From: Chitinophagales bacterium
Lineage (GTDB): Bacteria; Bacteroidota; Bacteroidia; Chitinophagales; JADIYW01
NCBI GenBank assembly: GCA_046329785.1
Contig: JAXLTZ010000016.1
Location: forward strand, 599-64,598
DNA: 64,000 nucleotides
Reading direction: 5' to 3'
Below are positions 18,297 through 28,133 of the stretch, piece by piece; within the stretch, counting starts at the first letter, position 1, and every line of letters starts with the position of its first letter. Below the pieces are notes generated by a model. The model saw nothing but the letters and a program-made list of their open reading frames with translations, searched no databases and had not been told where the DNA came from. The translations under genes were made by a program, and so were the position numbers.

Positions 18297-20455
18297 CAGC
18301 AAAAATAAATGGATATTTTCCGTATCACGAAGTATCACCAACAGAAAAAAAGAGTTTTGAATACATCTTAAAGTGCAACAATTTTATTGACGGCGCACAA
18401 GACTCCATATCGGATGGTTTTAAAAAAGAAGTTAGGCAAAACCGATTGTATGTTGAAGCGATACAAGATACCGAGATTTATATGGAACGCTTTGGACTAA
18501 AGCGCGGATTAAACAAAGAATTTGTAGATTATTCAGACCTTAATTTTTCACCAATTGGAATTCCAAGAGTAATATTCAATGCACTGTATTCTAAGCTAAA
18601 TTCTATTAATTCTATTAATCGCGTTGAGTGCAGAGACGAGTTTTCTGCAACACTAAAACAAGATAAGATAATTGAATTTCGCACGAAAGCCAAGCTGGCG
18701 GAACCAATTAAAGAAATCACCGGCATTGACATTAAAGGTGATGAGTATGTGCCTGAGAATGAAATTGAACTTGATGTTTATCAAAGAATGGGCGGTATTG
18801 CAACAGCCGTAGAAATCACGCTGCAGGAATTATTGAAAGAGATCGATGAACAGAATAAATACAGCATGTTTATTAATCCGGAAATAAACTATGAAATTAT
18901 TTGCTCAGGCCTACCGGCTATACATCTTGAATATGCGGAAGATGGAAAAATCATTGAAACACCAATTGATATCACGAAGCTAAAAGTGTTAGGTGGAAGC
19001 AAAAGAGATTATAGTGATGCATCTGCATTCAGATTGGAAACCACAATGCCTACACAAGAAGTGATCAATTTAATGAGAAGTTCATTACTTACAAATGATT
19101 ATGTTGACCTTGAAACGTCTATAAAAAGAGTTCGCGCTGCATCCAAAGATGATTGCAGCAATATCCATGTTTATTACTGGCAGTGCTATGATACCTACAC
19201 AAAATCTATAAAAGAAAAAAATGGAATGCGTGTAGTTCGCAATCGCGATAACAATAAAGACGGTATTAAAACCAATGTACATAAATGGTATAAATCATAT
19301 CGTGTACAAGGCACTGATGTAATATTCAATGCAGGTGAAATGCCGAATATTGTAAGAACTGCTTGTAATACTACTGAGAAAAAAGCGCAATGTCCAATCA
19401 TTATTTTAAGAGTAAAACCATATCGCAATGCTGTCAATACCAGCATAATCTCAGTTATTAAGAAATTTGAAGATATGGCAGTAATGGCATGGTTAAAACT
19501 TCAAAATGAATTGGCGAATGCAAAACCAAGTGGCCGTGAGTACAACCTAACGGCTATTGCAAATGCTATTGAATTGGTTGATTTCAAAGATTTAGATGAA
19601 GCGCTGGATTATGCTGAACAAACAGGTAATATTTATACTGCCCAAAAAGACAGTTGGGATCAGCCAAGCGGCGGCGCTGCATTCAGAGAAATTCGTGGCG
19701 GACTAACCGGTGCATTCTCAGACTACATGGATATTATCAAATTCACAAAGGAATTTGCACATGAAATTTCCGGAATAACAACCATAGACACTGGCGCTAT
19801 ACAAAATCCAAAAATATCCAATTTTGTTACAAAAGGCGCAATTGCCGGTACGGATAAGGCAATAGTAGAGTTATTGGAAACAAAACTTTTCTTCTTACAA
19901 TTAAGTGGTGAGAAAAAAATAAACATGGTTCTAAAATACGGTCATCCAAACTGTAAAATTCCATATCCATACAAGACTCAATTCTCTGAAGTAAAAGAAT
20001 TTATCTTAAACCTGATACGCAAATCAACAGCGATGGATATTGGTCTTAGAATAGAGCAAGATTTGACTGAAGATGAGCAAAATCAACTGATCTCTGAAAT
20101 GATTGCATTATCGCAAAACTATCGCGATGGAAATGGCAATGCAGGCATTACGCCAATTGAATTGATACATTTCAAAGATATGGTAAAGAATGGTAATTCT
20201 AAGTTCGCTGCATATATGCTTGGTGTATTACAGGAAAAACGTCAAAAAGACAGGTTGCAGGAACAACAAATGTCTGTACAGCAAAATGCACAAGTGCAGC
20301 AGCAAAGTAATGAAATGGCAATTAATGGAAAACTACAAGCGGAAAACCAAAAACTACAAGGACAATTGGAAAAGGTTAAACTCGAAAAGGATCTTGAACT
20401 AAGAAATGAAATGACACTGAAAACTGCGGAGTTGCAGCAAGATCAACAAAACTAA
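18287..20455 (+). CDS. Portal protein candidate
   Basis: 722-aa ORF immediately after and overlapping terL, with a Q-rich C-terminal tail. The assignment is positional. Confidence 0.5.
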   Translation: MDLTAKINGYFPYHEVSPTEKKSFEYILKCNNFIDGAQDSISDGFKKEVRQNRLYVEAIQDTEIYMERFGLKRGLNKEFVDYSDLNFSPIGIPRVIFNALYSKLNSINSINRVECRDEFSATLKQDKIIEFRTKAKLAEPIKEITGIDIKGDEYVPENEIELDVYQRMGGIATAVEITLQELLKEIDEQNKYSMFINPEINYEIICSGLPAIHLEYAEDGKIIETPIDITKLKVLGGSKRDYSDASAFRLETTMPTQEVINLMRSSLLTNDYVDLETSIKRVRAASKDDCSNIHVYYWQCYDTYTKSIKEKNGMRVVRNRDNNKDGIKTNVHKWYKSYRVQGTDVIFNAGEMPNIVRTACNTTEKKAQCPIIILRVKPYRNAVNTSIISVIKKFEDMAVMAWLKLQNELANAKPSGREYNLTAIANAIELVDFKDLDEALDYAEQTGNIYTAQKDSWDQPSGGAAFREIRGGLTGAFSDYMDIIKFTKEFAHEISGITTIDTGAIQNPKISNFVTKGAIAGTDKAIVELLETKLFFLQLSGEKKINMVLKYGHPNCKIPYPYKTQFSEVKEFILNLIRKSTAMDIGLRIEQDLTEDEQNQLISEMIALSQNYRDGNGNAGITPIELIHFKDMVKNGNSKFAAYMLGVLQEKRQKDRLQEQQMSVQQNAQVQQQSNEMAINGKLQAENQKLQGQLEKVKLEKDLELRNEMTLKTAELQQDQQN

Positions 20456-20745
20456 ACATTGAGTTTCTTTAATTCTAGTAAAATGTCTTCTAGTTTTTTG
20501 TGAATTTTGGTTGCTTTCTGTTCCGTACGAAATATATTGCTTTCAAATCCGTATATAAAATTCAGGTTGCAGTTAGTAAGTTCAGCAATCTTCATTATTT
20601 GATGCCTTGTGAATTTACCACTACCATCTTTTATTCGATTAACATTATTGGGTAATATGTCAATTTGCCTTGCAACATAAGCAAGGCCATGTTTTTCTAT
20701 ATATTTATTCAACACGAGAAAAATTCGTTCGTCAATTGGATCCAT
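20452..20745 (-). CDS. HTH (XRE/Cro-like) DNA-binding protein
   Basis: GLAYVARQIDILPNNVNRIKDGSGKFTRHQIMKIAELTNCNLNFIY has the helix-turn-helix layout of XRE-family regulators. Confidence 0.55.
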   Translation of the reverse strand: MDPIDERIFLVLNKYIEKHGLAYVARQIDILPNNVNRIKDGSGKFTRHQIMKIAELTNCNLNFIYGFESNIFRTEQKATKIHKKLEDILLELKKLNV

Positions 20746-20802
20746 ACTGCTGATATGTGAGGTAAATATAACGATTATGCGGTTAATAACAGAATGATAT
20801 TT

Positions 20803-21186
20803 CTAATTCCAGCTAAAAGCCAATAATGATTCAATTGTTTTTTTTAATTCTGTGCTTGGCTTTGAGGTTCCATTGGTGTACCTGGCAATCATTCTTTCGC
20901 TATGTTGATTTCCGGTGTGGTCTGTTAATCTTCTACACAGCCATGCAGCAGACCTTTCTCTGATTTTGAGTTCTCTGTCAAGTGAAGTCAGATATACAAG
21001 GTTGAAGTTATACTGACAACAGAATTCATTCCGGATTTTAGCCTGCATTGCTTTATTTAGCTTAGAAAAGCCAAATTTTCCTCTTTCAAAGTCAAATTCT
21101 CTCGTAGCAACAATGACGTTTTTTTCTAAAACATCAGTTTCAATCCAAAAAACAGGAATACCAACCAACTGGATGGAAAAAATCAT
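20803..21186 (-). CDS. Regulator candidate with a C-terminal HTH
   Basis: RMIARYTNGTSKPSTELKKTIESLL resembles the C-terminal half of XRE-type HTH domains. Its ATG abuts copy B of the 40-bp promoter element. Confidence 0.45.
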   Translation of the reverse strand: MIFSIQLVGIPVFWIETDVLEKNVIVATREFDFERGKFGFSKLNKAMQAKIRNEFCCQYNFNLVYLTSLDRELKIRERSAAWLCRRLTDHTGNQHSERMIARYTNGTSKPSTELKKTIESLLAFSWN

Positions 21187-21227
21187 ATCACAAATATACC
21201 AAAAGTATCAAAAATATACTATCTTTG
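21187..21227. promoter_or_regulatory. Divergent promoter element, copy B of the 40-bp perfect repeat
   Basis: Identical 40 bp to 5245..5284. The plus-strand TATCTTTG (21220-21227) is an exact TAnnTTTG, 37 nt before the ATG at 21264. Confidence 0.6.
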
Positions 21228-21263
21228 AATAGCAGTAGTATTATTCTATTAAAAAACATAGAT

Positions 21264-22628
21264 ATGCTTTTTTCAACTGCTACAGACCAAGATTGCTACA
21301 TCAGAATTACAACTCCACAAGGCGATCAAAGAGATTATCCAAAAAAATTAACGAAGTGCGAAAGATACGATGATTATGTATTGCTGGTAAGTTCTGATAA
21401 TAATCTCGAAATATGTGATTGGAAAATTGGACAAGCGGCAGCTTATGGTTATACACTAGAAGAATTAGAAACCTATTTACTTGGAATTTTAAACACTGGC
21501 TGTGCAGGAAGTGGCGGCGGCGGTGGTGGTAACAGTATTATATCCATTACGCACCAGGACTTATTAGATTTAAAGAACTCTGAAACACTTTCTGCTGGAA
21601 CTTACTATGCTATAAATGATTTCCGAACGGTATATGACCAGCCGGATTTTGAGTCAGATGGTACTCCTAAAACCTCTGTTGTTACAAAAATAGCAGATGA
21701 TTTTGAAACGCTTATATTATTTGCTACTTCGGAATCTACTTTCGCAGAACAAATTAATTCAATTGAACATCCAAATGATGTAATAAAATACGATATTAAT
21801 TTTTCTGTTACCGAATATATGGAGCGTCCCGCAGTTGGCAGGATAACTTACAGGGAAGATGTAATAAACGGAAATGGCGCTGACTATGACTTTAGAAATA
21901 TATTATTGAAATCTTATGAAAGCTCACCTGGTAGTGGAATATATAACGAATGGAAAGATAACGGTGGCGATTATATTGAAACATTAACTTTTGGTAATAG
22001 TTATAATGATGGAACTTTTATTAAAGGTAATGTTATAGCCGGAATGAGAAGTTTAGGCGCATTGGTGAGTTATCCTTTTCTAATCTGTAACGTAGTAATA
22101 AATGTAAGCACATTTGCATTAGGCAATACATTAAATGTTCTTACTAGAAATTGTCGTTTTGGTACTGGACTTACAGGTGCAAATATAAATTCAGGTGCCA
22201 ATATAATTACAGGCACGGATTTAAGAAACTTCAAAAATATGGGCAATATATCCAATGTTAGGATTGGAGATAACACAAACTCACTGACATTTTGTACAGC
22301 AACAGTAGGTTTTACAATGGGCAGTAATTGCGGAAATATTCATTTTGAGCATTCCGTAGAAAATGTAACAATTGGAGATAACAACAATAATTGGGAGTGT
22401 AATTCAGAGATTACAAATATCACTGCTGATAATGAATTATCAAACATAAACAATCTTTGTATTGGAAATTATGTTGATGGTGGTGCTTGGTCAAATTTTA
22501 TTACTTCAACCACGCATCCAGAACTTTATTCCGGAAGTCATAAAAAAGAAATTGTTCGTGCTAGTGATGATAATATTTATTCTTTATGGTTTGATGGTAC
22601 AATGATGCAATCATTAATAATTGACTAA
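21264..22628 (+). CDS. Tail fibre / spike-like protein (start moved to the ATG at 21264)
   Basis: The TTG start listed at 21225 lies inside the -7 box. The protein has a Gly linker (GSGGGGGGN) followed by N/G-rich repeats suggestive of a beta-helix. It sits between the portal and the lysis genes. Confidence 0.45.
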   Translation: MLFSTATDQDCYIRITTPQGDQRDYPKKLTKCERYDDYVLLVSSDNNLEICDWKIGQAAAYGYTLEELETYLLGILNTGCAGSGGGGGGNSIISITHQDLLDLKNSETLSAGTYYAINDFRTVYDQPDFESDGTPKTSVVTKIADDFETLILFATSESTFAEQINSIEHPNDVIKYDINFSVTEYMERPAVGRITYREDVINGNGADYDFRNILLKSYESSPGSGIYNEWKDNGGDYIETLTFGNSYNDGTFIKGNVIAGMRSLGALVSYPFLICNVVINVSTFALGNTLNVLTRNCRFGTGLTGANINSGANIITGTDLRNFKNMGNISNVRIGDNTNSLTFCTATVGFTMGSNCGNIHFEHSVENVTIGDNNNNWECNSEITNITADNELSNINNLCIGNYVDGGAWSNFITSTTHPELYSGSHKKEIVRASDDNIYSLWFDGTMMQSLIID

Positions 22629-22697
22629 AACTAAAATTTGTCCAGATAATCCTTAATTAGATAGAAACATAACCCATAAAAATCTAAAAAGGATAAA

Positions 22698-23294
22698 ATG
22701 AAACAGTATATGATTATCAAAATACATAGCATAATTACTGGATTTAAGATTCAACTCGTAAGTCTAATAAAATGGACAGCAATAAGCTCTATGCTTAGTC
22801 CTTTTATTTATTACATCATGTATATTTTTGGCTATACAAAAAATGTATTGACCTATGACCACGAAATGCTATTCGCAGTATTTATACTCGTAAGCATTGA
22901 TACCTTAGTTGGTATCAAAAAATGGATATTCCTGAAAAAGTTTAACGATAAAAAAGTGGCAGTTGGCGCATTTGAAAAAATGTTCCTTTGTTATTGCGTA
23001 ATGGTGATATTTAATCTTTATACTATGCGACTTGAATCGCATCCTGACTTACAATCGTATATGAAGCTATTTGGGTTTCTTATCGTAATATCTTACCCAT
23101 CAGGATCTATATTTAAAAATATTTTCTTTTTAAGCAAAGGTCAATTTCCACCAATAGGCTTTATGAGAAAATGGGAAAACTATGAAAATACCGCCAGCGT
23201 TGAAGAAATATTTAAAAAAGAAGCTGAAAAGGGTGGAACTATTTTAGGCGAAAATACTACTAACGAAAATACTACCAATGAAACAACTACATAA
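22698..23294 (+). CDS. Holin candidate (multi-TM)
   Basis: Several hydrophobic helices. VSIDTLVGIKKWIFLKKFNDKKVAVGAFEKM resembles the ID-x-x-TG...K...G..K core of the holin 4_1 family. It lies upstream of the spanin and endolysin. Confidence 0.5.
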   Translation: MKQYMIIKIHSIITGFKIQLVSLIKWTAISSMLSPFIYYIMYIFGYTKNVLTYDHEMLFAVFILVSIDTLVGIKKWIFLKKFNDKKVAVGAFEKMFLCYCVMVIFNLYTMRLESHPDLQSYMKLFGFLIVISYPSGSIFKNIFFLSKGQFPPIGFMRKWENYENTASVEEIFKKEAEKGGTILGENTTNENTTNETTT

Positions 23295-23784
23295 ATATTT
23301 ATTACCGGTTATTTGCGCATTGTGTATTATGTCCTGCAGTCGCAAGACACCACAGGTAATTTACCAGGAAAAAATCGTTACGCATACAGATACGATCAAT
23401 GTTACTACAAAAGAAACCGATACAATACCTTGTGCTGACTTTAACACATCATTAATTACCGATCAGCATGATACTGTCTATGTGAAAGTTACCGATAAGC
23501 AATTATCAATCAAGTACCTTAAAAAAACTGACACTGTTTACAAACAAACAATAATTGTGCAACCGGCACCGCTTCGTGTGGTAAACAGGACACGAATAGA
23601 TAATTCTGTAAAAATAAAAGCCAAACAAGGCAGCGCCATAGGTGACGGAAATAAGATTACCACAAAAAAAGAACTCGGTTGGTGGTGGATATTCCTTGCC
23701 GGCTTGTTGAGTTGGTTTATAATTCAAAATGTCGGCTTCAGGTTATTGAAAACCTATTTTCCTTTTCTAAGAATTTTCTTTTAA
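23278..23784 (+). CDS. Unimolecular spanin candidate
   Basis: N-terminal lipoprotein signal (LPVICALCIMSCSRK) plus a C-terminal TM helix (WWWIFLAGLLSWFIIQNVGF). It is located between the holin and the endolysin. Confidence 0.5.
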   Translation: MKQLHKYLLPVICALCIMSCSRKTPQVIYQEKIVTHTDTINVTTKETDTIPCADFNTSLITDQHDTVYVKVTDKQLSIKYLKKTDTVYKQTIIVQPAPLRVVNRTRIDNSVKIKAKQGSAIGDGNKITTKKELGWWWIFLAGLLSWFIIQNVGFRLLKTYFPFLRIFF

Positions 23785-23799
23785 TTAAATATTTATAAC

Positions 23800-24360
23800 G
23801 TGGCAAAACCAATATTATCACAACAAGACTTCGTAGATGCTGCAGCAGCCATTGGATGCGAAGTTGCAGCAATTAAAGCAGTCGCAGAAGTTGAATCAAG
23901 ACAAAGTGGATTTTATAGCAATGGCGATCCAGTTATTCTGTTTGAACGGCATATTTTCTCTAAAAGAACGAACCGTGCATTTGATAAGACGCATCCAAAC
24001 ATTTCAAATCCGGTAGCAGGTGGTTATGGAGCAACGGAAACACAACATGCACGATTAAATGAAGCAATAAAACTAAACCGTGAAGCTGCTCTTATGTCGG
24101 CTTCATGGGGAAAGTTTCAGATAATGGGATTTAATTATGCACTGGCCGGTTTCAATACACTCCAGGATTTTATCAATGCAATGTATAATTCAGAACGCAA
24201 TCAGTTATTGGCATTTGTAAATTATGTAAAACATTCTTCATTAGATGATGAATTGAGAAGTAAAGATTGGGTAAATTTTGCAAGGCGTTACAATGGTCCG
24301 GATTATAAGAAAAATAATTACGACACAAAATTGGCAGCAGCATACAATAAATATAAATAA
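23800..24360 (+). CDS. Endolysin, N-acetylmuramidase (DUF3380-type) family
   Basis: GCEVAAIKAVAEVESRQSGF...PVILFERHIF...SWGKFQIMGFNY...ARRYNGPDYKKNNYDTKLAAAY matches the muramidase family pattern. It uses a GTG start. Confidence 0.8.
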   Translation: MAKPILSQQDFVDAAAAIGCEVAAIKAVAEVESRQSGFYSNGDPVILFERHIFSKRTNRAFDKTHPNISNPVAGGYGATETQHARLNEAIKLNREAALMSASWGKFQIMGFNYALAGFNTLQDFINAMYNSERNQLLAFVNYVKHSSLDDELRSKDWVNFARRYNGPDYKKNNYDTKLAAAYNKYK

Positions 24361-24405
24361 TTACTAAGAATTAGTGTTTTTCATAGTTTGTATTTTTTGT
24401 TAGTG

Positions 24406-24430
24406 AGTGATGTGAAAGCATCACTTTTTA
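24406..24430 (+). terminator. Rho-independent terminator ending the rightward late block
   Basis: AGTGATG-tgaaag-CATCACT followed by TTTT. Confidence 0.6.
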
Positions 24431-24449
24431 GGTAACGATATAGTTACCT

Positions 24450-24629
24450 TTAAATAGGTTTCCATTTGACAATCTTTACAGAGTCAGGAACAACCCAAAA
24501 AAAATCACCTTTCATATTAGTTGAATAGAAAGCCGTTCCTTCAAATCCTGAATCAGATATAGTTTTATATAGTCCTGTTTTATCAGGCTGTTTTTCATTA
24601 CAGTTGTTGTATTCATTTTTTTCTTTCAT
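24450..24629 (-). CDS. Small hypothetical ORF (59 aa, below the track cutoff)
   Basis: My manual translation is MKEKNEYNNCNEKQPDKTGLYKTISDSGFEGTAFYSTNMKGDFFWVVPDSVKIVKWKPI. It fills the gap at the end of the leftward block. Confidence 0.3.
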   Translation of the reverse strand: MKEKNEYNNCNEKQPDKTGLYKTISDSGFEGTAFYSTNMKGDFFWVVPDSVKIVKWKPI

Positions 24630-24638
24630 ACTTCAAAT

Positions 24639-24857
24639 TTAGCTGTTTTCTATTTCTTTTTTTACTTCTTGCCAATACTCTTTTGTTAGATTTTCGCAGT
24701 ATCCACAACTAGCGTTATTTAAAATTTCTTGAACACAAATCAATGCACATTGTTTTGCAGTTGTTATATCTTGTACCCATCCATCTGACAAGTCGAAAAC
24801 ATTGTTAAATGGCAAAAATTTCTCTACTAATTCAATTGCTTTTTCTTTCGCTGTCAT
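24639..24857 (-). CDS. Hypothetical protein
   Basis: 72-aa ORF, tightly packed in the leftward block. Confidence 0.5.
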   Translation of the reverse strand: MTAKEKAIELVEKFLPFNNVFDLSDGWVQDITTAKQCALICVQEILNNASCGYCENLTKEYWQEVKKEIENS

Positions 24858-24868
24858 ACTTTATTTAT

Positions 24869-25504
24869 TCAAAATGGTAAATCATCTTCGAGTTCCGGGA
24901 ATTCTTCTCTATTCACACCAAAGTATTTCAGCATTCCGTTCAGTGTATTGCCTGCAGCTTTCATGCAGTTTTTCCATTTGAACTTCGCGTTGGTTCTAAG
25001 TGAATATGTATAGTTTTTAAAAGCCGTATAAAAACCAATTCTATCATAGAAAAAAAGCAAAATTAAAAACGCAAACTGTGGATTATGTTTTGTTGGACTA
25101 TGTTTAATAACACCGATAATTTCATTTTTATATTTCAATCCTTTTAGATCGTGTAATCTACCGTCTGGTACATGAAACAAATAATCGTTTATTTTAAACC
25201 GATTTAATTTCCAAATTGTATTTGAATAAATGCCACTACCGTTACAATTCCAACAAACTTCGTGGTATTCTTCATCTTCCCAATGATTATAGATACCATC
25301 TTTGCATGAATAACACTTCTTTATTATAACCTGTACATCATATCCATCTTTTGTGCCGAATTGTTCTAACAGAGCATGCTTCATTACATAGAAATGCTGC
25401 TTATTAAATTGGTGTTCATTACCATTGTTGCAGATGATCATCAAGCGCAGATGAAGTTCTGGAAATTTACCAGTCATAGGATAATCTATTTTTTGTTGTT
25501 TCAT
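24869..25504 (-). CDS. Hypothetical protein with a CxxC...CxxCxGxG zinc-finger motif
   Basis: CYSCKDGIY...CWNCNGSG resembles a DnaJ-type zinc finger. Confidence 0.55.
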   Translation of the reverse strand: MKQQKIDYPMTGKFPELHLRLMIICNNGNEHQFNKQHFYVMKHALLEQFGTKDGYDVQVIIKKCYSCKDGIYNHWEDEEYHEVCWNCNGSGIYSNTIWKLNRFKINDYLFHVPDGRLHDLKGLKYKNEIIGVIKHSPTKHNPQFAFLILLFFYDRIGFYTAFKNYTYSLRTNAKFKWKNCMKAAGNTLNGMLKYFGVNREEFPELEDDLPF

Positions 25505-25735
25505 TTAAAATATTTCCAATTGATTTAATTTCTTGTCAGAAGTCAGAAGTGGTTGTTTGTTTATTATTTTATCAACTACATAATCATCTAATTCTTTTGT
25601 AGTTTGATAACCCATTTTCAAGCCATAAGTAAGTACGTCTTTTACCTGTTGCTTAGTCAACTTTTGACCGCGATGCTCAAATGCACGCCACGAGCGATTT
25701 ATCTGATTTAAAGCACCTTGAATGTCTGCATGCAT
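25505..25735 (-). CDS. Hypothetical protein
   Basis: 76-aa ORF abutting its neighbours. Confidence 0.5.
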   Translation of the reverse strand: MHADIQGALNQINRSWRAFEHRGQKLTKQQVKDVLTYGLKMGYQTTKELDDYVVDKIINKQPLLTSDKKLNQLEIF

Positions 25736-25747
25736 AATTTTATTTAT

Positions 25748-26011
25748 TTAATATTCGTGACCTAATTCTAAAAGTTTCTTCTTTAATGCTTTTACTTTGA
25801 AGTTATAACCGCGTGGCGTAGTGCTTTCCAATTCCCAAATTTCATTTTGTATATCCATTATCTTTTGTTCTTTTATATGGCACTCTTCGCACACGACTTC
25901 GCGAGTATTATTTAATGATGCATGACCATCATGTAAGTCAAACCAGGTACCGCATTTGCATAAGCAAGGGCATTCCATTACTTCGTTCAATTCTACGTTA
26001 ATTACTTCCAT
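25748..26011 (-). CDS. Hypothetical zinc-ribbon protein
   Basis: Two Cys pairs, CPCLCKCG ... CEEC. Confidence 0.5.
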   Translation of the reverse strand: MEVINVELNEVMECPCLCKCGTWFDLHDGHASLNNTREVVCEECHIKEQKIMDIQNEIWELESTTPRGYNFKVKALKKKLLELGHEY

Positions 26012-26016
26012 GTCTT

Positions 26017-26283
26017 TTAATTTTCAATTTTTACCAAATCAATACCACGGCCTAACTGCACAACTGTTTGTCTAATTGCAAACCGTTCAATATCTTCTAT
26101 GGTATGCCGAATTGCACCATACACATAACCATTTACGTCTATATCACAATGCCATCCACCATCGGTATCTTGATACATTTTAATAGTAGGTTTCTTTTCG
26201 ATTTTAACTGATTTGTTTCCTCGCTTTTCTCTTTTAAATAAAGGATCAAAAGAAATTAATTTGTTTTCTGTTCCGTTTGACAT
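26017..26283 (-). CDS. Hypothetical protein, paralogue of 58387..58681
   Basis: It shares YxDxDGGxHCDIxVNGYxYGAIRHTIEDI and a downstream QxxVQLxRGIxL block with the second copy. Confidence 0.6.
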   Translation of the reverse strand: MSNGTENKLISFDPLFKREKRGNKSVKIEKKPTIKMYQDTDGGWHCDIDVNGYVYGAIRHTIEDIERFAIRQTVVQLGRGIDLVKIEN

Positions 26284-26294
26284 AATGTTGTTTT

Positions 26295-26417
26295 TTATTT
26301 TGTTAGTAATTTATTTATAGCATCAATTATCAACTGAATATCTTCAATTGTTATATCAACAGGTAGCAACAATGTTCCTTGCTTTCCGAATGTCAGTATT
26401 ATTGGATATTCAGTCAT
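26295..26417 (-). CDS. Small hypothetical ORF (40 aa)
   Basis: MTEYPIILTFGKQGTLLLPVDITIEDIQLIIDAINKLLTK. Its ATG overlaps the HNH stop, and it fills an otherwise empty 126-nt gap. Confidence 0.3.
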   Translation of the reverse strand: MTEYPIILTFGKQGTLLLPVDITIEDIQLIIDAINKLLTK

Positions 26418-26976
26418 TATGCATTTTTAATTGCTGTTTATCTTTTAGTTTGAACCCAAAATCATTATTTGTTTTTTCTCTATGGCATTTTTTACATAGT
26501 ATTTGGTAGTTTGAAATCCAACCGCCGCCACCGCCATGCGCAACCGGTATAATGTGATCTAAATCGTGTGCAAAAAAATGTTCGCTTTCACCACATTTCT
26601 CACATTTTAAACCACCGATAATTTTTGATCTAAAAAACTTGATTGTTTCTACGCGTCCATTTATTATATTAAAAATGTTTACTGCAAAATCAGAACATTG
26701 CTTATTAGACCATCGTGTTTGCCTGCCTTTTAATTCTATACCACAACCGCAAGAACAAAACCTACCTTGCTTTGGAAATATAATTGATAATGAAACTTTT
26801 GGGTGTCTTAAATACGGATCTAAGCAACCCAAATCGTTTATTCTATCATATAAATCTTTTGGATTAAAGTTCAATACCCTGCTGATTAATTTTTCTCTGA
26901 TATCGTTAGAATCATTACTAAACGAAACTGGCATTCTACAAGATTCTGGTTGTATTTCGTATAATGTACCTTTCAT
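26410..26976 (-). CDS. HNH endonuclease
   Basis: DLDHIIPVAHGGGGGWISNYQILCKKCHREKTNND, plus upstream CxxC pairs. Confidence 0.8.
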   Translation of the reverse strand: MKGTLYEIQPESCRMPVSFSNDSNDIREKLISRVLNFNPKDLYDRINDLGCLDPYLRHPKVSLSIIFPKQGRFCSCGCGIELKGRQTRWSNKQCSDFAVNIFNIINGRVETIKFFRSKIIGGLKCEKCGESEHFFAHDLDHIIPVAHGGGGGWISNYQILCKKCHREKTNNDFGFKLKDKQQLKMHND

Positions 26977-27467
26977 CTTCTATATGAAATAAGTTTTGTT
27001 TCAGATTTACAATATAGAGGATGCTTAGGCGAGCCGTTTTTATTGACGGTTAATGCCTTTGCATTTGGAAACATTTCATACAACTCTCTATCTCTGCCTT
27101 TTTCGCTTACAATACTAAAATTTCCCCACGCAAAAACCACATCTTTACATTTACTTGCTGTAACAGTTATCAGATTATTATTCCATTCATCTGCCATTGG
27201 ATTTGTCTTCAATAATTTTGGATCTCTTGAAATGTATGTCCAACAATTCATCATATACATACCGCCGAAACCATTTGCTTTAGCTATGCGCATGCAACTT
27301 TTAATAGTTGGATCATTTTCGTTTTCATTGGCTGTTGACGGATTTAATCCGATAAACATTACAAGAGGTTTGTTTTCATCCCAAATACGCCACAATGAAT
27401 ACCTGTGTGTTCTGTCGTGTGAGAAAGAAGCACCTGTTGTATTTTTGATAAATAGTTGTGTTTTCAT
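26973..27467 (-). CDS. DUF1643-family protein
   Basis: RTHRYSLWRIWDENKPLVMFIGLNPSTANENENDPTIKSCMRIAKANGFGGMYMMNCW matches the DUF1643 pattern. Confidence 0.75.
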   Translation of the reverse strand: MKTQLFIKNTTGASFSHDRTHRYSLWRIWDENKPLVMFIGLNPSTANENENDPTIKSCMRIAKANGFGGMYMMNCWTYISRDPKLLKTNPMADEWNNNLITVTASKCKDVVFAWGNFSIVSEKGRDRELYEMFPNAKALTVNKNGSPKHPLYCKSETKLISYRR

Positions 27468-27474
27468 TTTATTT

Positions 27475-27714
27475 TTAACTTTTTGTTTTTAAATTCTCTA
27501 CTTCGGAATAGTAGGCTTCTGAACCATCTTCAAGTAAGATGCTGATTGCATCCATTTTCTTGGCAATTTTTAATTTAGCGAAATAGTCGTTTGGTTGGCG
27601 CAACCTATAACCTAAGCATCCATATTCGTATGCCAGTATTGCTTTAAAGTCATAGGTTATTGATATTACATTTACCATTTGGATATTATTTAAGTAATAA
27701 TTGCTTGTATTCAC
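27475..27714 (-). CDS. Hypothetical protein
   Basis: 79-aa ORF in the operon. Confidence 0.45.
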   Translation of the reverse strand: MNTSNYYLNNIQMVNVISITYDFKAILAYEYGCLGYRLRQPNDYFAKLKIAKKMDAISILLEDGSEAYYSEVENLKTKS

Positions 27715-28132
27715 TATCTTTCAGTTTATCAAAGAATGTTTTATCAGAACTTGCATCGTAAACAAATGGTAGGAAAATCTGCATTAATTCAACTTGCTCC
27801 AACCGAATCATCGTTAACTGAATTTCCACCCAATCACTAATAATTTTCCAAGCAGTTTGCTCAGCTTGTTTTGCACAATTCTTTCGCGTGTCTGGAGTTG
27901 GCCGCTTATATTGCGCATACAAAACTTTGTAACAAGCATCAGTTTTCGCTGTTAGCTTAAAGAATAACGGCATGTTATTTACCATCAACCTAAATACTAT
28001 ACCTGTGCAAAATTTATCTTCATTATATTTTTTGCTAATATCGGTGGCACCAGCTTCAACTAAGTATTGTTCTATTCTCGAAATAGATGTAGCTGCTGGT
28101 ACTGTAGATGTGTAATTTTTTATTTGTTGCAT
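27686..28132 (-). CDS. Hypothetical protein (start moved to MQQIKNY)
   Basis: The listed 28225 start would overlap the YopX gene by 92 nt. Met32 starts right after the YopX stop. Confidence 0.5.
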   Translation of the reverse strand: MQQIKNYTSTVPAATSISRIEQYLVEAGATDISKKYNEDKFCTGIVFRLMVNNMPLFFKLTAKTDACYKVLYAQYKRPTPDTRKNCAKQAEQTAWKIISDWVEIQLTMIRLEQVELMQIFLPFVYDASSDKTFFDKLKDSEYKQLLLK

Positions 28133-28133
28133 A

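Noticed and set aside
26639-27492. Plus-strand ORFs 26639..26992 and 27043..27492.
   Set aside because: They are antisense to the well-supported HNH and DUF1643 genes. They have hydrophobic low-complexity translations and do not fit the operon direction.
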